A DNA stretch of 64,000 nt from an uncultured Clostridia bacterium (GCA_944362765.1 CALVTP010000005.1:3649-67648); one strand, 5' to 3'. Shown: positions 51,793 to 62,600, counted from the stretch's first letter. Made by a program: numbers and translations. Notes: generated by a model not told the origin, from the sequence alone.

Positions 51793-53324
51793 TATTTTGT
51801 GTCCTCGTCGGAAGGGACGCTCTCGGCGGCATCGGCAGGGGCTGAACCCTGAGCCCCGGAATCGGAAATTTCCTTTACGTCGGCGCCGCTTGCGGCAGCG
51901 TCGTTTCCGATGTCGGGAAGGGCGGCTGCGGCGCGTCGCACCCTCAGAGCCTCGGCGATATCGGCTTTCTTTTTCCCGGTGAGGTCGTAAAACAATATCG
52001 GAACGGCGGCAAGAAGTGAAGTTATGCCCGGGATGACGGTGTACGCGAAATAGACGCCGCGGCTGGTTTCGAAGGTAAATTCTTCGGTAGTGGCGGTGTA
52101 TCCTACAGCGTCGGAAAAGACTACCGCGAGGCATACGGCGGAGCCAAGCGCAAGAGTCACTTTAACGGAAAAGGAGAGTACGGCGTAAGCCACTCCCTCG
52201 GTGCGTTTTCCCGTTTTATACTCGTAGTAGTCGACGCAATCTGCGACCATGACCATCGGCATGATATTGACGGCTCCGAACTGCAGCCCCATCAAAAATA
52301 GGGTGGGGATCAGCGCGCCCAAGTGGAAGTTGGTGGCGGTGCCGACGAAAAAAGCAAGAAGCGAGGACAAAAATCCGTACACACTCATGCCCACGAATAC
52401 CTTCCGTTCATCTAATTTTTTTATAAGAAGAGGGGTCAGCGCCATCGAGATCATCGTTCCGGCAGCCGTTGAAAGCCCTAAAATTATGATGAGGTTCTGC
52501 CCGCCCAGAATGGCGTTTGCGGCTTGCACCTGGATAGCCATGGCACCTTGGCGGGCGAAGCCTAAAAAGTAAGATATCATCACCAAAAGCAGATATTTAT
52601 TGCTTTTAATTGCAGAAAACATCTGCCTAAAACTCATTTTTTCGGACTTATACGGTACGCGCTCCTTGTTGAAAAAGCAGATGAGCGCAAGCATGGCGGT
52701 GCCGATGACGCCGATGGCGACGGCGTTCCAAAGGTATTCCGAGACGCTCAAAGTACCCTCTATTCCGGCGCCGCCCGGGACTATGAGGCAGATTACCGGG
52801 ACGACTACGTACGGCGCCGCCTGACCTATGGAGCGGAAAGTTCCCGAAAAACCGATGAGGTTGGTGCGCTCGTCTGGGTTCGGGGTCAGCACCGCCGACA
52901 TTGCCTGGGAGGGGACGTCCGCCATTGTCATAGCCATGCTCCAAAGGGTGGTGATGACGAAGATATACGCAAGGAGCGCCCCGCCCGAAATCGGGACATC
53001 GATAAAAAGCAATACGGTAAACAGCACCAGCGGGGCGGAAGCGTATAACACAAAGGGTTTGAGTTTGCCGAAGCCCTTGTCGCGTTTTCTGTCGATGAGG
53101 TTCCCGACAACGGGGTCGAAGACGGCGGAGACCACCTTTGCCGCCAGAATCAGAAAGGGCGCCGCCACGAGTTCGGCGGCGGTCAGTCTTCCCGCGGTGG
53201 AATAGAATTCCAGCTGATAGGAATTCAGATAAAATATTACCATCTGCAAGCCGAAAAGCCCGACGGAATAAATAAGTATCTCTTTAAAGGAAAGGTATTT
53301 TTTTGTTACGCCTGCGCCGTCCAT
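51792..53324 (-). CDS. MFS transporter, GPH family, with a low-complexity C-terminal tail
   Basis: Polytopic protein with FDPVVGNLIDR motif. SD GGGAGGG. Its stop overlaps the tcdA start (TAATG). Confidence 0.88.
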   Translation of the reverse strand: MDGAGVTKKYLSFKEILIYSVGLFGLQMVIFYLNSYQLEFYSTAGRLTAAELVAAPFLILAAKVVSAVFDPVVGNLIDRKRDKGFGKLKPFVLYASAPLVLFTVLLFIDVPISGGALLAYIFVITTLWSMAMTMADVPSQAMSAVLTPNPDERTNLIGFSGTFRSIGQAAPYVVVPVICLIVPGGAGIEGTLSVSEYLWNAVAIGVIGTAMLALICFFNKERVPYKSEKMSFRQMFSAIKSNKYLLLVMISYFLGFARQGAMAIQVQAANAILGGQNLIIILGLSTAAGTMISMALTPLLIKKLDERKVFVGMSVYGFLSSLLAFFVGTATNFHLGALIPTLFLMGLQFGAVNIMPMVMVADCVDYYEYKTGKRTEGVAYAVLSFSVKVTLALGSAVCLAVVFSDAVGYTATTEEFTFETSRGVYFAYTVIPGITSLLAAVPILFYDLTGKKKADIAEALRVRRAAAALPDIGNDAAASGADVKEISDSGAQGSAPADAAESVPSDEDTK

Positions 53325-53447
53325 GACCGCCCTCCCGACTGTTATACATTTAGATTATTACATAAAAGGGCGTTTTTGTAAACGGTTATTTAAAAAAGCA
53401 GTCGGAAGTTTTTTGCGGAAACAGGCTGCGCGCAAGGTGCGTTCCGC

Positions 53448-55733
53448 TCACTGTTGAAAATCGGAGGAAGCTTGAAGATGGCTTTCACCCAGAATATCCT
53501 CCCAGGCTATGAGGTATTTATCATAGAGCGAAGGACCGCCGGTTCCGCCGCTAAGGTAATAGTTCGCTTCGATCATCACCGTGAAGCCGGTGTCGAGAGA
53601 GGTGTGGTTGAAGGAAAGCTCGTTTATTTCGGCGGGCGTGAAGCCGGTGCCGAGCCCTTCCTCTCCCACAAACCAGACGAAACTGAGATTTTTAAGCCCC
53701 GAAAACGCCATATAGCCTATTCTCGAAATGCGGTTCGGAAGAGTAATCTGTCGGAGGTTGAGGACGCCTGAGTCTGTCGCGGAGGAAGCGCAATAGAACG
53801 CAAACGGTAAAATATCGTCGATGTATGCCGTTTTTCCTTTTGAGAGCGGAGAGTTATTGACGGAATCAAGGAGATTCAAATTTTCTAAATCGTCCTGATA
53901 ACGCGAGAAAAGGTAGCATACTTTATCTTCGTCGCGAGTCAGTCCGACGGAAAGTTTTTCTTCTTCCTTCAGCTTACTTTTGTCAAAGTAAACGCCTTCG
54001 GCAATCTCTTTATAAGGGGTGCGCATGTAGACGTCGGCGGCAAGACTCGGCACTTTTCCGCCGTCAGGATCGAGTTCGAAGTTGCCCAGAGAGCTCTCGA
54101 CATAAATATTTTGTATGACGTTGAAAGAATATGTAGTCGGAACCGTGTCGCCGTTAGAGTCGGTGGTCGGTTTCAACCATTTGTCGACATAGATATCTTC
54201 TTGCGGCACCACTAAGTCGACGGTGGGGACGGGATCGGAGGAAGTGCCGCCGAAAGCCAGGGTGCCGTAATCGGGAATGAGTTCAGCCGAAGTAAACGGG
54301 AAATTGACGACGCCGGACTCGACGTCCTGAAACGCCTGTCCCGCGATGAGACGGGTTGAGCCGTCGATTTTGGTGTCCGGGATGCGCGTTGCGGGAGCAA
54401 CATAGACCAGAATATGTCCAAGGTATATAAATGTGTTTTCCTTCCTTTTATCTTTTAACCATTTTGTCATGGTGTTTTCGTCGTTTCTCCCGAAGACGAA
54501 GCTTCCCATAACCCGGATTTTGCTATATCCGGTAACCGTTTCAAGGTTTTCGGAAGCCCTGAACGCCTCGTTATAGACATCGGTGACTCTGTCTTCAAGG
54601 TCTATGGAAGTCAGCCCCGAGCCGTAGAAGAGGCGGGCTTGCAACACGTAGAGCGAGTCGGGAATATCGAAGGAAGTCAACGCCGCGTCGCCCTCGAAAG
54701 CGCTTTCGCCGAGGGCGGAAACGGAGTCCGGAAGGGTGACGGATTCAAGCTTCGGACAGTCTTTAAAAGCCCTTGCGGAGATTTCGGTAAGCGATTCGGT
54801 GCCGTCGGCGAATGTGACTGCGGTAAGCTCCGGGCAGTTTTCAAAGGCGCTTTCGTCAATTTTTTCGAGTGTGGTCGGGAGCACGACTTCCTTTAACGAT
54901 TTGGCGCCGCTGAAAGCGTTGCTGCCGATATACCTTATCCCCTCGGAGACTATAAATTTGGTAACGTACTCGTTTTCGGCGAATGCCGCGTTGTAGATAC
55001 CGTAAATTTCCTGCCCCTCGGGGTTGGTGGCGGGCACGACGACCTCGTCGTACTTGAGGTGAGGACGGCTTAACCCTTTTATATATATCAATTCGTTGTC
55101 GGAGTCGTTACGCATCTGATACGTGAACGTGGGTTCGCCGGGCGCCCAGAAGCCGTAGAGGGTGAGGTCGGAAGTTATCGGGGTGGAGGGGTCGAATTTT
55201 TGAGTGCACTCGGCGTCGAGATACCACTTATAAAATATGTAACCCGCGCTTCCGCCCAGCGGAGTAAGATCCTCAATAACACCGCCGTTTTTGATATATT
55301 GATCGGCAAGGCTGCCCTGTCCTCCGGTATCGAAAGACACCGTCCAATAGCCGCTGTGGTCTTCGCCGGGGTTGGTGGCGGGGCGGTATTGAACGATATA
55401 CAGCATCATCGTAGCAGAGACGCCGCCCGAGGTGGTGGCGGTTATCATGACGGAGCCTTCCCGCGTCAGCCTCAGGCTCTTTCCGTTTCCGGTCACCGAC
55501 GCAAGGGTGGGGTTTCCCGCGCTCAGCGTGTACTCGCCGTCGGCGGTATCGATATTGACTTCGGGGGTATAAATCAATACAAAGTCTTCGCCGTCCGAAA
55601 GGTAGACGGTGACTTCGCGTTCTTTAAAAGAGATGGCGTCCTTGTCGTTACAGCCGGCAAGCGCAAACGCCGTCAAAAACAGGACGGCTATTGTAGTCGC
55701 GGTCAATATAACTCGCGTCAAAGTTTTTTTCAT
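53448..55733 (-). CDS. Surface lipoprotein with Ig-like, Listeria-Bacteroides-repeat and BspA-type leucine-rich-repeat regions
   Basis: Lipobox FALAGC. YKWYLDAECTQKFD...LYGFW. LRRs IGSNAFSGAKSLKEVVLP, IDESAFENCPELTAVTF, ISARAFKDCPKLESVTLP and LGESAFEGDAALTSFDIP. Confidence 0.9.
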   Translation of the reverse strand: MKKTLTRVILTATTIAVLFLTAFALAGCNDKDAISFKEREVTVYLSDGEDFVLIYTPEVNIDTADGEYTLSAGNPTLASVTGNGKSLRLTREGSVMITATTSGGVSATMMLYIVQYRPATNPGEDHSGYWTVSFDTGGQGSLADQYIKNGGVIEDLTPLGGSAGYIFYKWYLDAECTQKFDPSTPITSDLTLYGFWAPGEPTFTYQMRNDSDNELIYIKGLSRPHLKYDEVVVPATNPEGQEIYGIYNAAFAENEYVTKFIVSEGIRYIGSNAFSGAKSLKEVVLPTTLEKIDESAFENCPELTAVTFADGTESLTEISARAFKDCPKLESVTLPDSVSALGESAFEGDAALTSFDIPDSLYVLQARLFYGSGLTSIDLEDRVTDVYNEAFRASENLETVTGYSKIRVMGSFVFGRNDENTMTKWLKDKRKENTFIYLGHILVYVAPATRIPDTKIDGSTRLIAGQAFQDVESGVVNFPFTSAELIPDYGTLAFGGTSSDPVPTVDLVVPQEDIYVDKWLKPTTDSNGDTVPTTYSFNVIQNIYVESSLGNFELDPDGGKVPSLAADVYMRTPYKEIAEGVYFDKSKLKEEEKLSVGLTRDEDKVCYLFSRYQDDLENLNLLDSVNNSPLSKGKTAYIDDILPFAFYCASSATDSGVLNLRQITLPNRISRIGYMAFSGLKNLSFVWFVGEEGLGTGFTPAEINELSFNHTSLDTGFTVMIEANYYLSGGTGGPSLYDKYLIAWEDILGESHLQASSDFQQ

Positions 55734-55739
55734 ATCCGG

Positions 55740-55769
55740 ATTATATCACAGATATTTAAATTAAGGCAA
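55740..55769 (-). promoter_or_regulatory. Promoter placing the TSS on the lipoprotein ATG (leaderless)
   Basis: Minus strand: TTGCCT, 18-nt spacer, TGaTATAAT (hexamer 55745..55740), then ccggat, then ATG 55733. No SD. Confidence 0.5.
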
Positions 55770-55811
55770 TATCTCACCGAATATTCACCTTAAATTCGCC
55801 CTCTCTTCGGC

Positions 55812-55840
55812 GAATAAGCGGAAGCAAGAGGGGATATAAT
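55812..55840 (+). promoter_or_regulatory. -10 element immediately upstream of yyaC
   Basis: TATAAT (55835-55840), 7 nt, then ATG 55848. The -35 region GAATAA is not sigma-A-like. The nearest SD-like GAGGGG is 14 nt from the ATG, which is too far. Confidence 0.35.
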
Positions 55841-55847
55841 TAGTGCT

Positions 55848-56396
55848 ATGAGTCTTCCGGTAGTCGTTTGTATAGGTTCTTCGTCGGTTTCGGGGGACGC
55901 CTTAGGACCGATGGTGGGGGATCTTTTAAGGGAGGTTTACAACCTTCCGGCTTTCGTTTACGGCGGCTTTTCGAGACCGGTAAACGGCGTCAATTACCGC
56001 GAGTACGCCGAGTTCATTGCAGGGCGCCACGCGGGAAATTTCATCATAGCCGTCGACGCCTGTGTCGGAGCTCCCGAGGACGTCGGGCGCATAAAGTTTT
56101 CGGGTTCGGGGCTGAAGGCGGGCGGCGCGCTCAATAAAGAACTCGGCAGGATTGGCGACATAGGCATTCTGGGGGTGGTGGCGGCGCGCTCGGAAGACAA
56201 TCTCGAAGCGCTGATGGGCGCCCCGTTCCGCCTGGTGGAAAAACTGAGCGAAGCAATCGCAAGAAAAATTTCGGCGCTTGTCATCGGTAACGACCCGGAA
56301 CTTCTTCATTTTTCGTCGGAAAATTTTTCCGTAAAAAGGTTTGCGGCTTGCCGAAAATCGCCGTCGAATTACTTTACATCTTTTAATAGCTTATGA
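55848..56396 (+). CDS. yyaC: Sporulation protein YyaC (DUF1256, GPR-like protease fold)
   Basis: VVCIGSSSVSGDALGPMVGDLL, IIAVDACVGAP and GGALNKELGRIGD match the YyaC family pattern. Confidence 0.85.
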   Translation: MSLPVVVCIGSSSVSGDALGPMVGDLLREVYNLPAFVYGGFSRPVNGVNYREYAEFIAGRHAGNFIIAVDACVGAPEDVGRIKFSGSGLKAGGALNKELGRIGDIGILGVVAARSEDNLEALMGAPFRLVEKLSEAIARKISALVIGNDPELLHFSSENFSVKRFAACRKSPSNYFTSFNSL

Positions 56397-56402
56397 TATA
56401 AT
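56373..56402 (+). promoter_or_regulatory. Promoter of the pyr operon, embedded in the yyaC 3' end
   Basis: TTTACA (56373-56378), 18-nt spacer, TGaTATAAT (hexamer 56397-56402). Confidence 0.6.
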
Positions 56403-56462
56403 TTATCAAACATCGCGAAACGCCCTTCGGGGCATATGCAAAAGAATATCGAAGAGGTGCTT

Positions 56463-57335
56463 ATGAGAGGTCTTTTGACATTGAGGACGTTGTCTTCGCC
56501 GGAGATAATGGACATCATAGAGCTTGCTATTCGTTTTAAGAAAGGTTGGTCAATCAACTTCCCCGGGAAGAAAATGGTCAACCTTTTTTATGAAAACTCC
56601 ACCAGAACGCAATACAGCTTCCAGATGGCGATGATAAACCTCGGCATTACTCCGCTGTCGTTCAACCTCGCCTCGAGTTCCGTTCAAAAAGGCGAAACTC
56701 TCTACGACACCGTCAGGACGTTCGAGGCACTTGGCGTCGACGGCATAGTCATCCGCCACACCAAAGACGTTTACTATAACGACCTGAAAACGATAAAAGT
56801 GCCGATATTCAACGGCGGAGACGGCACTTCCGACCACCCCACGCAGACCCTTCTCGATCTTATGACGATTTACGAGGAGTTCGGAGCCTTCGAAGGGCTC
56901 AGAGTGGCTTTGGTGGGGGATATCTCCCACTCCCGGGTGGCGCACGGCAACGCGGAAGTGATGAAACGGCTCGGCATGAAGGTGTTCGTCTCCGGTCCGG
57001 AGCAGTTTTCGGACAAGACCGGGGAGTATATCCCGCTTGACGAAGCCGTCGAAAAGATGGATATCATAAACCTTCTCAGAGTGCAGTTCGAACGCCACGA
57101 ACAGGCGATGAATATCACAAAGGAAGAATACCACAGAAGGTACGGTTTGACCTCGGAAAGAGTGGCGCGCATGAAAAAGAACGCCATCATCATGCACCCC
57201 GCGCCGATCAACCGCGGAATAGAGATAGCTTCCGAAGTCGCCGAGTGCGAAAAATCCAGGATCTATAAACAAATGGAAAACGGCGTCTATATAAGAATGG
57301 CGGTGCTGACTATGGCATTGGAGGGGAAACTTTGA
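56463..57335 (+). CDS. pyrB: Aspartate carbamoyltransferase catalytic subunit
   Basis: ENSTRTQYSFQ, SDHPTQTLLD and HPAPINRG. Start ATG 56463 (SD GAAGAGG) preferred over 56436, which has no SD. Confidence 0.93.
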   Translation: MRGLLTLRTLSSPEIMDIIELAIRFKKGWSINFPGKKMVNLFYENSTRTQYSFQMAMINLGITPLSFNLASSSVQKGETLYDTVRTFEALGVDGIVIRHTKDVYYNDLKTIKVPIFNGGDGTSDHPTQTLLDLMTIYEEFGAFEGLRVALVGDISHSRVAHGNAEVMKRLGMKVFVSGPEQFSDKTGEYIPLDEAVEKMDIINLLRVQFERHEQAMNITKEEYHRRYGLTSERVARMKKNAIIMHPAPINRGIEIASEVAECEKSRIYKQMENGVYIRMAVLTMALEGKL

Positions 57336-58540
57336 AAATCGCGCTTGGAGATCTTGTCATTCCGGGAAGAAAGGAAACTTCCCTTCTAATAGAGGACGGA
57401 GTCATCGTTTCCTTCGATGTTTCGGGAGCCGTTGACCGCGCTTACGGGCTGAACGGCGCGACGGTGCTTCCCGGTGCCGTAGACGTTCACGCGCACCTTA
57501 GAGAACCCGGGTATGAATACAAAGAAACGATACTTCGGGCTACCGAAAGCGCTGCTAAGGGAGGCATAACGCGTGCTTTTGCGATGCCTAACCTCATTCC
57601 CGTACCCGACTCGGTCAAAAATCTGAAGGCGGAAACGGAGCGGACGGAAAGGGACGCAAAGATTGCCGTTTACCCATTTGCCGCGCTGACGAAAGGGGAG
57701 AGGGGAGAGGAACTGTCCGACATAGAAGAGCTTTCCCGCATGACGCTTTGTTTCAGTGACGACGGAGTGTGCGTCAACGATTTGAAACTGCTGGAAGAGG
57801 GGATGAAACGGGTCAAAGCCGTCGGCGGGATAATAGCTTCGCACGCAGAAAGAAGGGGGGCAAAGGATACAAGGAGGGCGGAGTTCGAGGCAGTCGAAGA
57901 GGAACTCGAACTCGTCAAAAAAACGGGAGTCAGATACCACTTTTGTCACCTTTCGACAAAGGAAAGTTTTGAACTGTTGAAAAAAGCGTTGGCGGAAGGG
58001 CTCGACGTGACGGCGGAAGTCACTCCCCATCATCTGACGCTGAATTCGATGATGATAAGGGACGGCAATTGGAAGATGAACCCGCCGCTCAGAAGTCCCG
58101 AGGACGTGGAGGCGACCCGCGAGGCGCTGATAAGCGGGCTGGTCGGGATAATAGCTACCGATCACGCGCCGCACTCCATCGAGGAAAAGGCGCGCCCGTA
58201 CGAGAGTGCCCCGAACGGCATATTGGGCTTTGAGACGCTTTTCCCGGTCGTCTATACCTCTTTGACAGCGGGCGGGAAACTCAGTTTGGAGGCGCTGTCC
58301 GAAGCCGTCACCGCCGCTCCCGCAAAACGCTTCGGGATCGACTGCGGCAAAATCGAAATCGGGAGAAAAGCCGAGCTTATCGCGCTGAATGTCACCGATT
58401 ACAGGGCGTATACCGCCGAAGAAATTGCCGGAAAAGCCAAAAATTCACCATATATCGGGAAGGTGATGACGGGATTCAACGTGTTCACGCTGGTGGGAGA
58501 AAAAGTACTTTACAGAAGTTCGGAAATAAAGGAGGCATAG
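57332..58540 (+). CDS. pyrC: Dihydroorotase
   Basis: VDVHAHLREPG and IIATDHAPH. TTG start overlaps the pyrB stop. Confidence 0.92.
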   Translation: MKIALGDLVIPGRKETSLLIEDGVIVSFDVSGAVDRAYGLNGATVLPGAVDVHAHLREPGYEYKETILRATESAAKGGITRAFAMPNLIPVPDSVKNLKAETERTERDAKIAVYPFAALTKGERGEELSDIEELSRMTLCFSDDGVCVNDLKLLEEGMKRVKAVGGIIASHAERRGAKDTRRAEFEAVEEELELVKKTGVRYHFCHLSTKESFELLKKALAEGLDVTAEVTPHHLTLNSMMIRDGNWKMNPPLRSPEDVEATREALISGLVGIIATDHAPHSIEEKARPYESAPNGILGFETLFPVVYTSLTAGGKLSLEALSEAVTAAPAKRFGIDCGKIEIGRKAELIALNVTDYRAYTAEEIAGKAKNSPYIGKVMTGFNVFTLVGEKVLYRSSEIKEA

Positions 58541-58542
58541 AA

Positions 58543-59688
58543 GTGAACTCTTTCTACATAGGAGATTTCGGAGATACCGAAAAAAGACGGATGCTGGTGC
58601 TGGAAAACGGCAAAGCGTTTATCGGCAAGGGCTTCGGCTCCGACGAGACGCGCATCGCGGAAATCGTCTTCAACACCTCGATGGTGGGCTATCAGGAGAT
58701 ACTTTCCGACCCGTCGTACTGCTCGCAGATGGTGGTGATGAGCTATCCGCTTATAGGAAACTACGGTCTGACGGACGACGACTACGAGTCGAAGGGGATA
58801 TATTTATCCGGATTCATTGTCAGAGAGTACAACGACTCGCCGTCGAATTTCAGGTTCACCAAGACCCTTTCCGAGGTGATGGCGGATAACGGCGCTGCGG
58901 GGATCTCCGACGTCGACACCAGAGAGATCGTCAAAATAATTCGCGACGAGGGCGCGATGCGCGCAATGATAACCGACGCCGGGCGCGACGTGGAGGAGTG
59001 CGTAAAGGAACTCAGAGCCTACCGCCTTCCGCACGATCAGGTAAAGCAGGTCTCCTCCAAAAAGATCTGGTTTTCGAGGACTAAAAACCCCGAGTTCAAC
59101 GTGGCGGTCGTCGACTGCGGCGTCAAACTGACGATGATAAAGAAACTTAATGCACACGGCGCCAACGTCGTCGTCGTGCCGTACGACACTCCGTTCGAGG
59201 AGATCATGCGTTTCAAGCCGGACGGCATATTCTGTTCCAACGGACCGGGCAACCCCGAGGACGTTCCCGAGGTCAGGAGGCTGGTGCAGCGGGCAAAAGG
59301 GGAACTCCCGATAATGGGTATCTGTCTCGGGCATCAGATCATAGGCCTTGCCTACGGCGCAAGCACCTACAAGATGAAGTTCGGGCACCGCGGCGCCAAT
59401 CATCCCGTCAAAAATCTGCTTACCGGGAGAGTTGAAATCACCAGCCAGAACCACAGCTACGCCATCGATAAGCGGAGCCTCGAAAACACCGGGTTGCAGC
59501 TGACGCACGTCAACCTGATCGACGACGAGCCGGAAGGCATGCTGGACGCCCGGGAAAAGGTGATAAGCATTCAATACCATCCCGAATCGGCGGCTGGTCC
59601 GGAGGATTCGGATTATTTATTCGACAATTTCATTGCGTTCATGAGAGAAAACGGAGGCAAAAAACATGCCAAAGAGAACAGATATTAA
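58543..59688 (+). CDS. carA: Carbamoyl-phosphate synthase small (glutaminase) subunit
   Basis: GICLGHQ catalytic Cys region and IQYHPES. GTG start 7 nt after AGGAGG. Confidence 0.95.
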   Translation: MNSFYIGDFGDTEKRRMLVLENGKAFIGKGFGSDETRIAEIVFNTSMVGYQEILSDPSYCSQMVVMSYPLIGNYGLTDDDYESKGIYLSGFIVREYNDSPSNFRFTKTLSEVMADNGAAGISDVDTREIVKIIRDEGAMRAMITDAGRDVEECVKELRAYRLPHDQVKQVSSKKIWFSRTKNPEFNVAVVDCGVKLTMIKKLNAHGANVVVVPYDTPFEEIMRFKPDGIFCSNGPGNPEDVPEVRRLVQRAKGELPIMGICLGHQIIGLAYGASTYKMKFGHRGANHPVKNLLTGRVEITSQNHSYAIDKRSLENTGLQLTHVNLIDDEPEGMLDAREKVISIQYHPESAAGPEDSDYLFDNFIAFMRENGGKKHAKENRY

Positions 59689-62600
59689 AAAGATAATGGT
59701 AATAGGCTCGGGACCTATCGTGATAGGTCAGGCGGCGGAGTTCGATTACGCCGGCACGCAGGCGTGTATAGCCTTGAAGGAAGAAGGCTACGAGGTGATT
59801 TTGGTCAATTCCAACCCCGCGACGATAATGACCGACAAGGCGATGGCGGACAAGGTCTATATGGAGCCGTTGGATCTCGAACACGTCGCGAAAATCATCA
59901 GGAAGGAGCGCCCGGACGGTCTGATCTGTTCGATAGGCGGACAGACGGGTCTGAATCTCGGGATGCAGCTGCACAAAAAAGGAGTGCTGGAAGAGTGCCA
60001 GGTGGAGCTCCTCGGCACCGGTTACGATTCCATTTCGAAAGCCGAGGACAGGCAGCTGTTCAAAGACCTTTGCGAGGAGATAGGGGAGCCGGTACTCGAA
60101 TCCAATACGGCGCACACCACCGAAGCCTGCCTCGAGATCGCCGAAAAGATAGGTTATCCCGTAATCGTACGCCCGGCGTTTACTCTGGGCGGTACCGGCG
60201 GCGGCTTTGCCGACAATGCGGAGGAGCTGAAAGAACTTTCCAAAAACGCGCTGAAACTCTCCCCGGTCACCCAGGTGCTTATCGAAAAGTCGATAAAAGG
60301 GTATAAGGAGATAGAGTTTGAGGTCATGCGCGACGGTATGGACAACGCCGTTGCCATCTGCTGTATGGAAAACGTCGACCCCGTCGGCGTGCATACCGGC
60401 GACTCGATAGTCGTCGCTCCCAGTCAGACGCTGACCAATAAGGAGTATCAGATGCTCCGCAGCGCCGCTTTGAAAATCATCCGCGCGCTGGGGATAGAAG
60501 GGGGCTGCAACGTGCAGTTTGCGCTCGACCCGTTCAGCTTCGAATATTTCGTCATCGAAGTCAACCCGAGGGTGTCGAGAAGTTCGGCGCTTGCGTCCAA
60601 AGCGAGCGGCTATCCGATAGCCCGAGTTTCGGCAAAAATAGCCTGCGGACTCACCCTTGACGAGATAAAACTTCCCAATTCCTATGCGGCATTCGAACCG
60701 GCTTTGGACTATATCGTCTGTAAGGTGCCGCGCTTCCCCTTCGATAAGTTCACCAAAGCTTCGAGGGTGTTGAACACCCAGATGAAGGCGACCGGCGAAG
60801 TTATGAGTATCGGAAGAACCTTCGAAGAGGCACTTTTAAAGGCGGTGAGAAGTTTGGAAACGGGGCTGGATCACGTTGAAATCAAACGCCTGAAAGAGCT
60901 CAGTGACCACGACCTTGTCGACCTCATCATCGAAAACACCGACGAAAGGATTTTTGCCGTTACCGAAGCTATCCGCCGCGGTATTCCGATAGATTATCTT
61001 TACGAACTGACGCAGATAGACAGATTCTTCCTCGAAAAACTTTACAACATCGTGGCGGCGGAAAAGCGGCTGAAAGCCGAAGAGCTTACGCCGGTATTGC
61101 TGAGAGCGCTTAAAACGATGGGCTTTTCCGATTCCTATATAGCCGCGGCAAAAGGATTGACGGAGTTCGACGTCTACAATATGCGGAAAATCGAAGGCAT
61201 TCGCCCCGTTTACAAGATGATAGACACCTGCGCCGCCGAATTCGACGGCTATACTCCCTACCTTTACTCCACTTACGAGGAGGAGAACGAGTCGGTGCGC
61301 TCCGACAGAAAAAAGGTCATCGTGCTGGGCTCCGGACCGATAAGAATAGGGCAGGGGATAGAGTTCGACTACTCCACCGTGCATGCCATCTGGGCGATAA
61401 AGGACGCCGGTTACGAGGCTATCATCATCAATAACAACCCCGAGACCGTCTCTACGGACTATACCATTTCTGACAAGCTTTATTTCGAACCGCTGACCTT
61501 CGAAGACGTCATGAACATCATCGATTTCGAACGTCCGGAGGGGGTCATAGTGGCGCTTGGCGGACAGACGGCTATAAACCTTGCGGAGTCCCTCTCCGAC
61601 GCCGGAGTGAAGATTCTGGGTTCCGACGCCGAGAGCATCGCGCTCGCCGAAGACCGCGACAAGTTCGCTCTGGCGCTGGACAGAATGAAGATCCCGATGC
61701 CGAGAGGCGAAGCCGTATTCTCCGTTTCCGACGGCGTTCGGGCTGCGGAGGAAATAGGCTATCCGGTACTGGTGCGCCCCTCCTTCGTGCTGGGCGGCAG
61801 GATGATGCATATTGTCTACGACAGGGAACAATTGGAACCCATACTCCGTGAAGCGGTAGCCCTTAACCGCAAACACCCCGTTTTGATAGATAAGTACATT
61901 CTCGGAAGGGAGTGCGAAGTCGACGCCGTTTCCGACGGGCAGGAAGTCTTTATTCCCGGCATCATGGAACACATAGAAAGGGCGGGGGTGCACTCCGGCG
62001 ACTCGATGAGCGTATACCCTCCCTACTCCCTCGAAGAAGAGGTGCAGAAGACAATCATCGATTACACCGTCAAGGTAGGGCTGGGGCTGAAAATCATAGG
62101 ACCCTTCAACATCCAGTTCGTCGTCGACGGCAATAAAAAGGTTTATATCATAGAAGTCAATCCGCGTTCTTCGAGGACGGTTCCGTTCCTTCAAAAGACT
62201 ACGGGAGCTCCGATTGCCGATATCGCGACGAAGGTCATGCTCGGGTTCAGCCTGAAAGAGCTCGGATACACAGGCGTATTCCCCAAAAAACATCGCTGGT
62301 ACGTCAAAGCGCCCACCTTCTCCTATTCGAAGCTGACCGGCTTGGACGCCGTGCTCTCCCCCGAGATGAAATCGACGGGCGAGGCTATCGGTTACGACGA
62401 CACGCTGACCAGAGCGGTATATAAAGCGTTGAAAGCTTCCGGGCTGAGAGTAGACAACTACGGCACCGTCTTTGCCACGATAGGCGACAAGGATAAAGCC
62501 GCGGCGCTTCCTTTAATTAAAAGATTCTATGACCTCGGCTTCAACATCGAGGCGACGGAAGGGACGGCGAAGTACCTCAAATCCGCCGGTATCCGCACAA

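Noticed and set aside
51793-52134. 114-codon Arg-rich N-terminal extension of the tcdA ORF
   Set aside because: It lies entirely inside the MFS transporter gene in another frame. The family-typical N-terminus and Rossmann motif start right after ATG 51792.
56436-56462. ATG 56436 as the pyrB start
   Set aside because: It has no SD, whereas ATG 56463 has GAAGAGG 6 nt upstream and gives a family-typical N-terminus.
60836-62293. 485-aa antisense ORF inside carB
   Set aside because: carB is unambiguous on the plus strand. This is an antisense frame artefact.
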